This document shows positions 19,703 through 20,455 of a stretch of 20,455 nt of DNA, piece by piece (the stretch's first letter is position 1; each line of letters opens with the position of its first letter). A program made the translations under genes and the position numbers. This DNA is from Octopus sinensis. Its lineage: Eukaryota. Under the pieces are notes generated by a model. It worked only from the letters and a program-made list of their open reading frames with translations. It had not been told where the DNA came from and searched no databases. The stretch is from positions 1 through 20,455 of the forward strand of contig NW_021823968.1 in assembly GCF_006345805.1 (NCBI RefSeq). Reading direction: 5' to 3'.

Positions 19703-19918
19703 TTTCTTTATTACCCACAAGGGGCTAAACATAGAGGGGACAGACAAACGAATTAAGTCGATTACATCGACCCCAGTGCGTAACTGGTACTTAATTTATC
19801 GACCCCGAAAGGATGAAAGGCAAAGTCGACCTCGGTGGAATTTGAACTCAGAACGTAACGGCAGACGAAATACGGCTACGCATTTCGCCCGGCGTGCTAA
19901 CATTTCTGCCAGCTCGCA
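19703..19918 (-). mobile_element. Single near full-length SINE family A copy
   Basis: Reverse complement of head (GCGAGCTGGCAGAAATGTTAGCACGCCGGGCGAAATGC), B-box, central block and tail, with a small internal deletion. Confidence 0.85.
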
Positions 19919-20244
19919 GCCTTTGTATAAATATATAACACACATTTACAGATACCAACATTAAGACATTGTACAGCGGTAATATACATAAAGGCGCAAG
20001 TTTAACTCACAGAATGCATTTTTATTAAGTTCGTATTGCTAGCCTCTCTGAAAAGTCAACATTTTGATTAAACCAACATATTTTTTTGTCTCTGTGATGC
20101 TAAAAGGAGATCAGTGTGATTAGCTTAAATATTACATTATCACGTCATCAGATGAGCAACTAGTCTTCTTGATCACACGGGGAATAGTCACCTATACTTA
20201 GAGTATACACAAATTCAAAGAAACCTACAATAGGCTGCCTAATT

Positions 20245-20280
<36 letters not shown>

Positions 20281-20295
20281 CACACATATTATCGA

Positions 20296-20405
20296 GAGAC
20301 CGATAGTACTAGGCTTACAAAGAATAAGTCCTGGGGTCGATTTGCTCGACTAAAAACGGTGCTCCAGTATGGTCACAGTCAAATGACTGAAACAAGTAAA
20401 AGAGT
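20296..20405 (+). mobile_element. 3' module of SINE family B
   Basis: GAGACCGATAGTACTAGGCTTACAAAGAATAAGTCCTGGGGTCGATTTGCTCGACT...CAAATGACTGAAACAAGTAAAAGAG. Confidence 0.85.
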
Positions 20406-20455
20406 TAAAGAGAGTATGGAAAATCATCAGGGCGTACAAAGGACAATACAAGGAT

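Noticed and set aside
19440-19964. 174-aa ORF
   Set aside because: The C-terminal half is the antisense reading of SINE family A (the same peptide appears in ORFs 10764-10997, 11008-11307 and 17988-18185).

Overview
AT-rich, microsatellite-dense eukaryotic DNA. The repeat families and homopeptide-rich coding look like a coleoid cephalopod, probably Octopus; this is recognition from memory, not a database result. One host gene is supported: the first coding exon of an eh1-bearing NKL/ANTP-class transcription factor on the minus strand (6838->5364), most likely Hex/Hhex. It is split over three reading frames by two apparent 1-nt deletions in repeat tracts and ends at a strong AG|GTAAG donor. 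No homeobox exon was found, so it presumably lies left of base 1. Most of the rest is transposon-derived: tandem arrays of a tRNA-derived SINE, further SINE families, two non-autonomous Helitrons, two fragments of an RLE-type (R4/Dong-like) LINE, two MITE-like palindromic elements, a ~400-bp local duplication, and a repeat carrying a minimal hammerhead-ribozyme-like motif. Nearly all other ORFs in the track are microsatellite artefacts. No new protein-coding system was found; the best leads are the hammerhead-like motif, the TSD-flanked SINE trimer, the frameshifted Hex exon and the MITE centred on an NRF1 motif.
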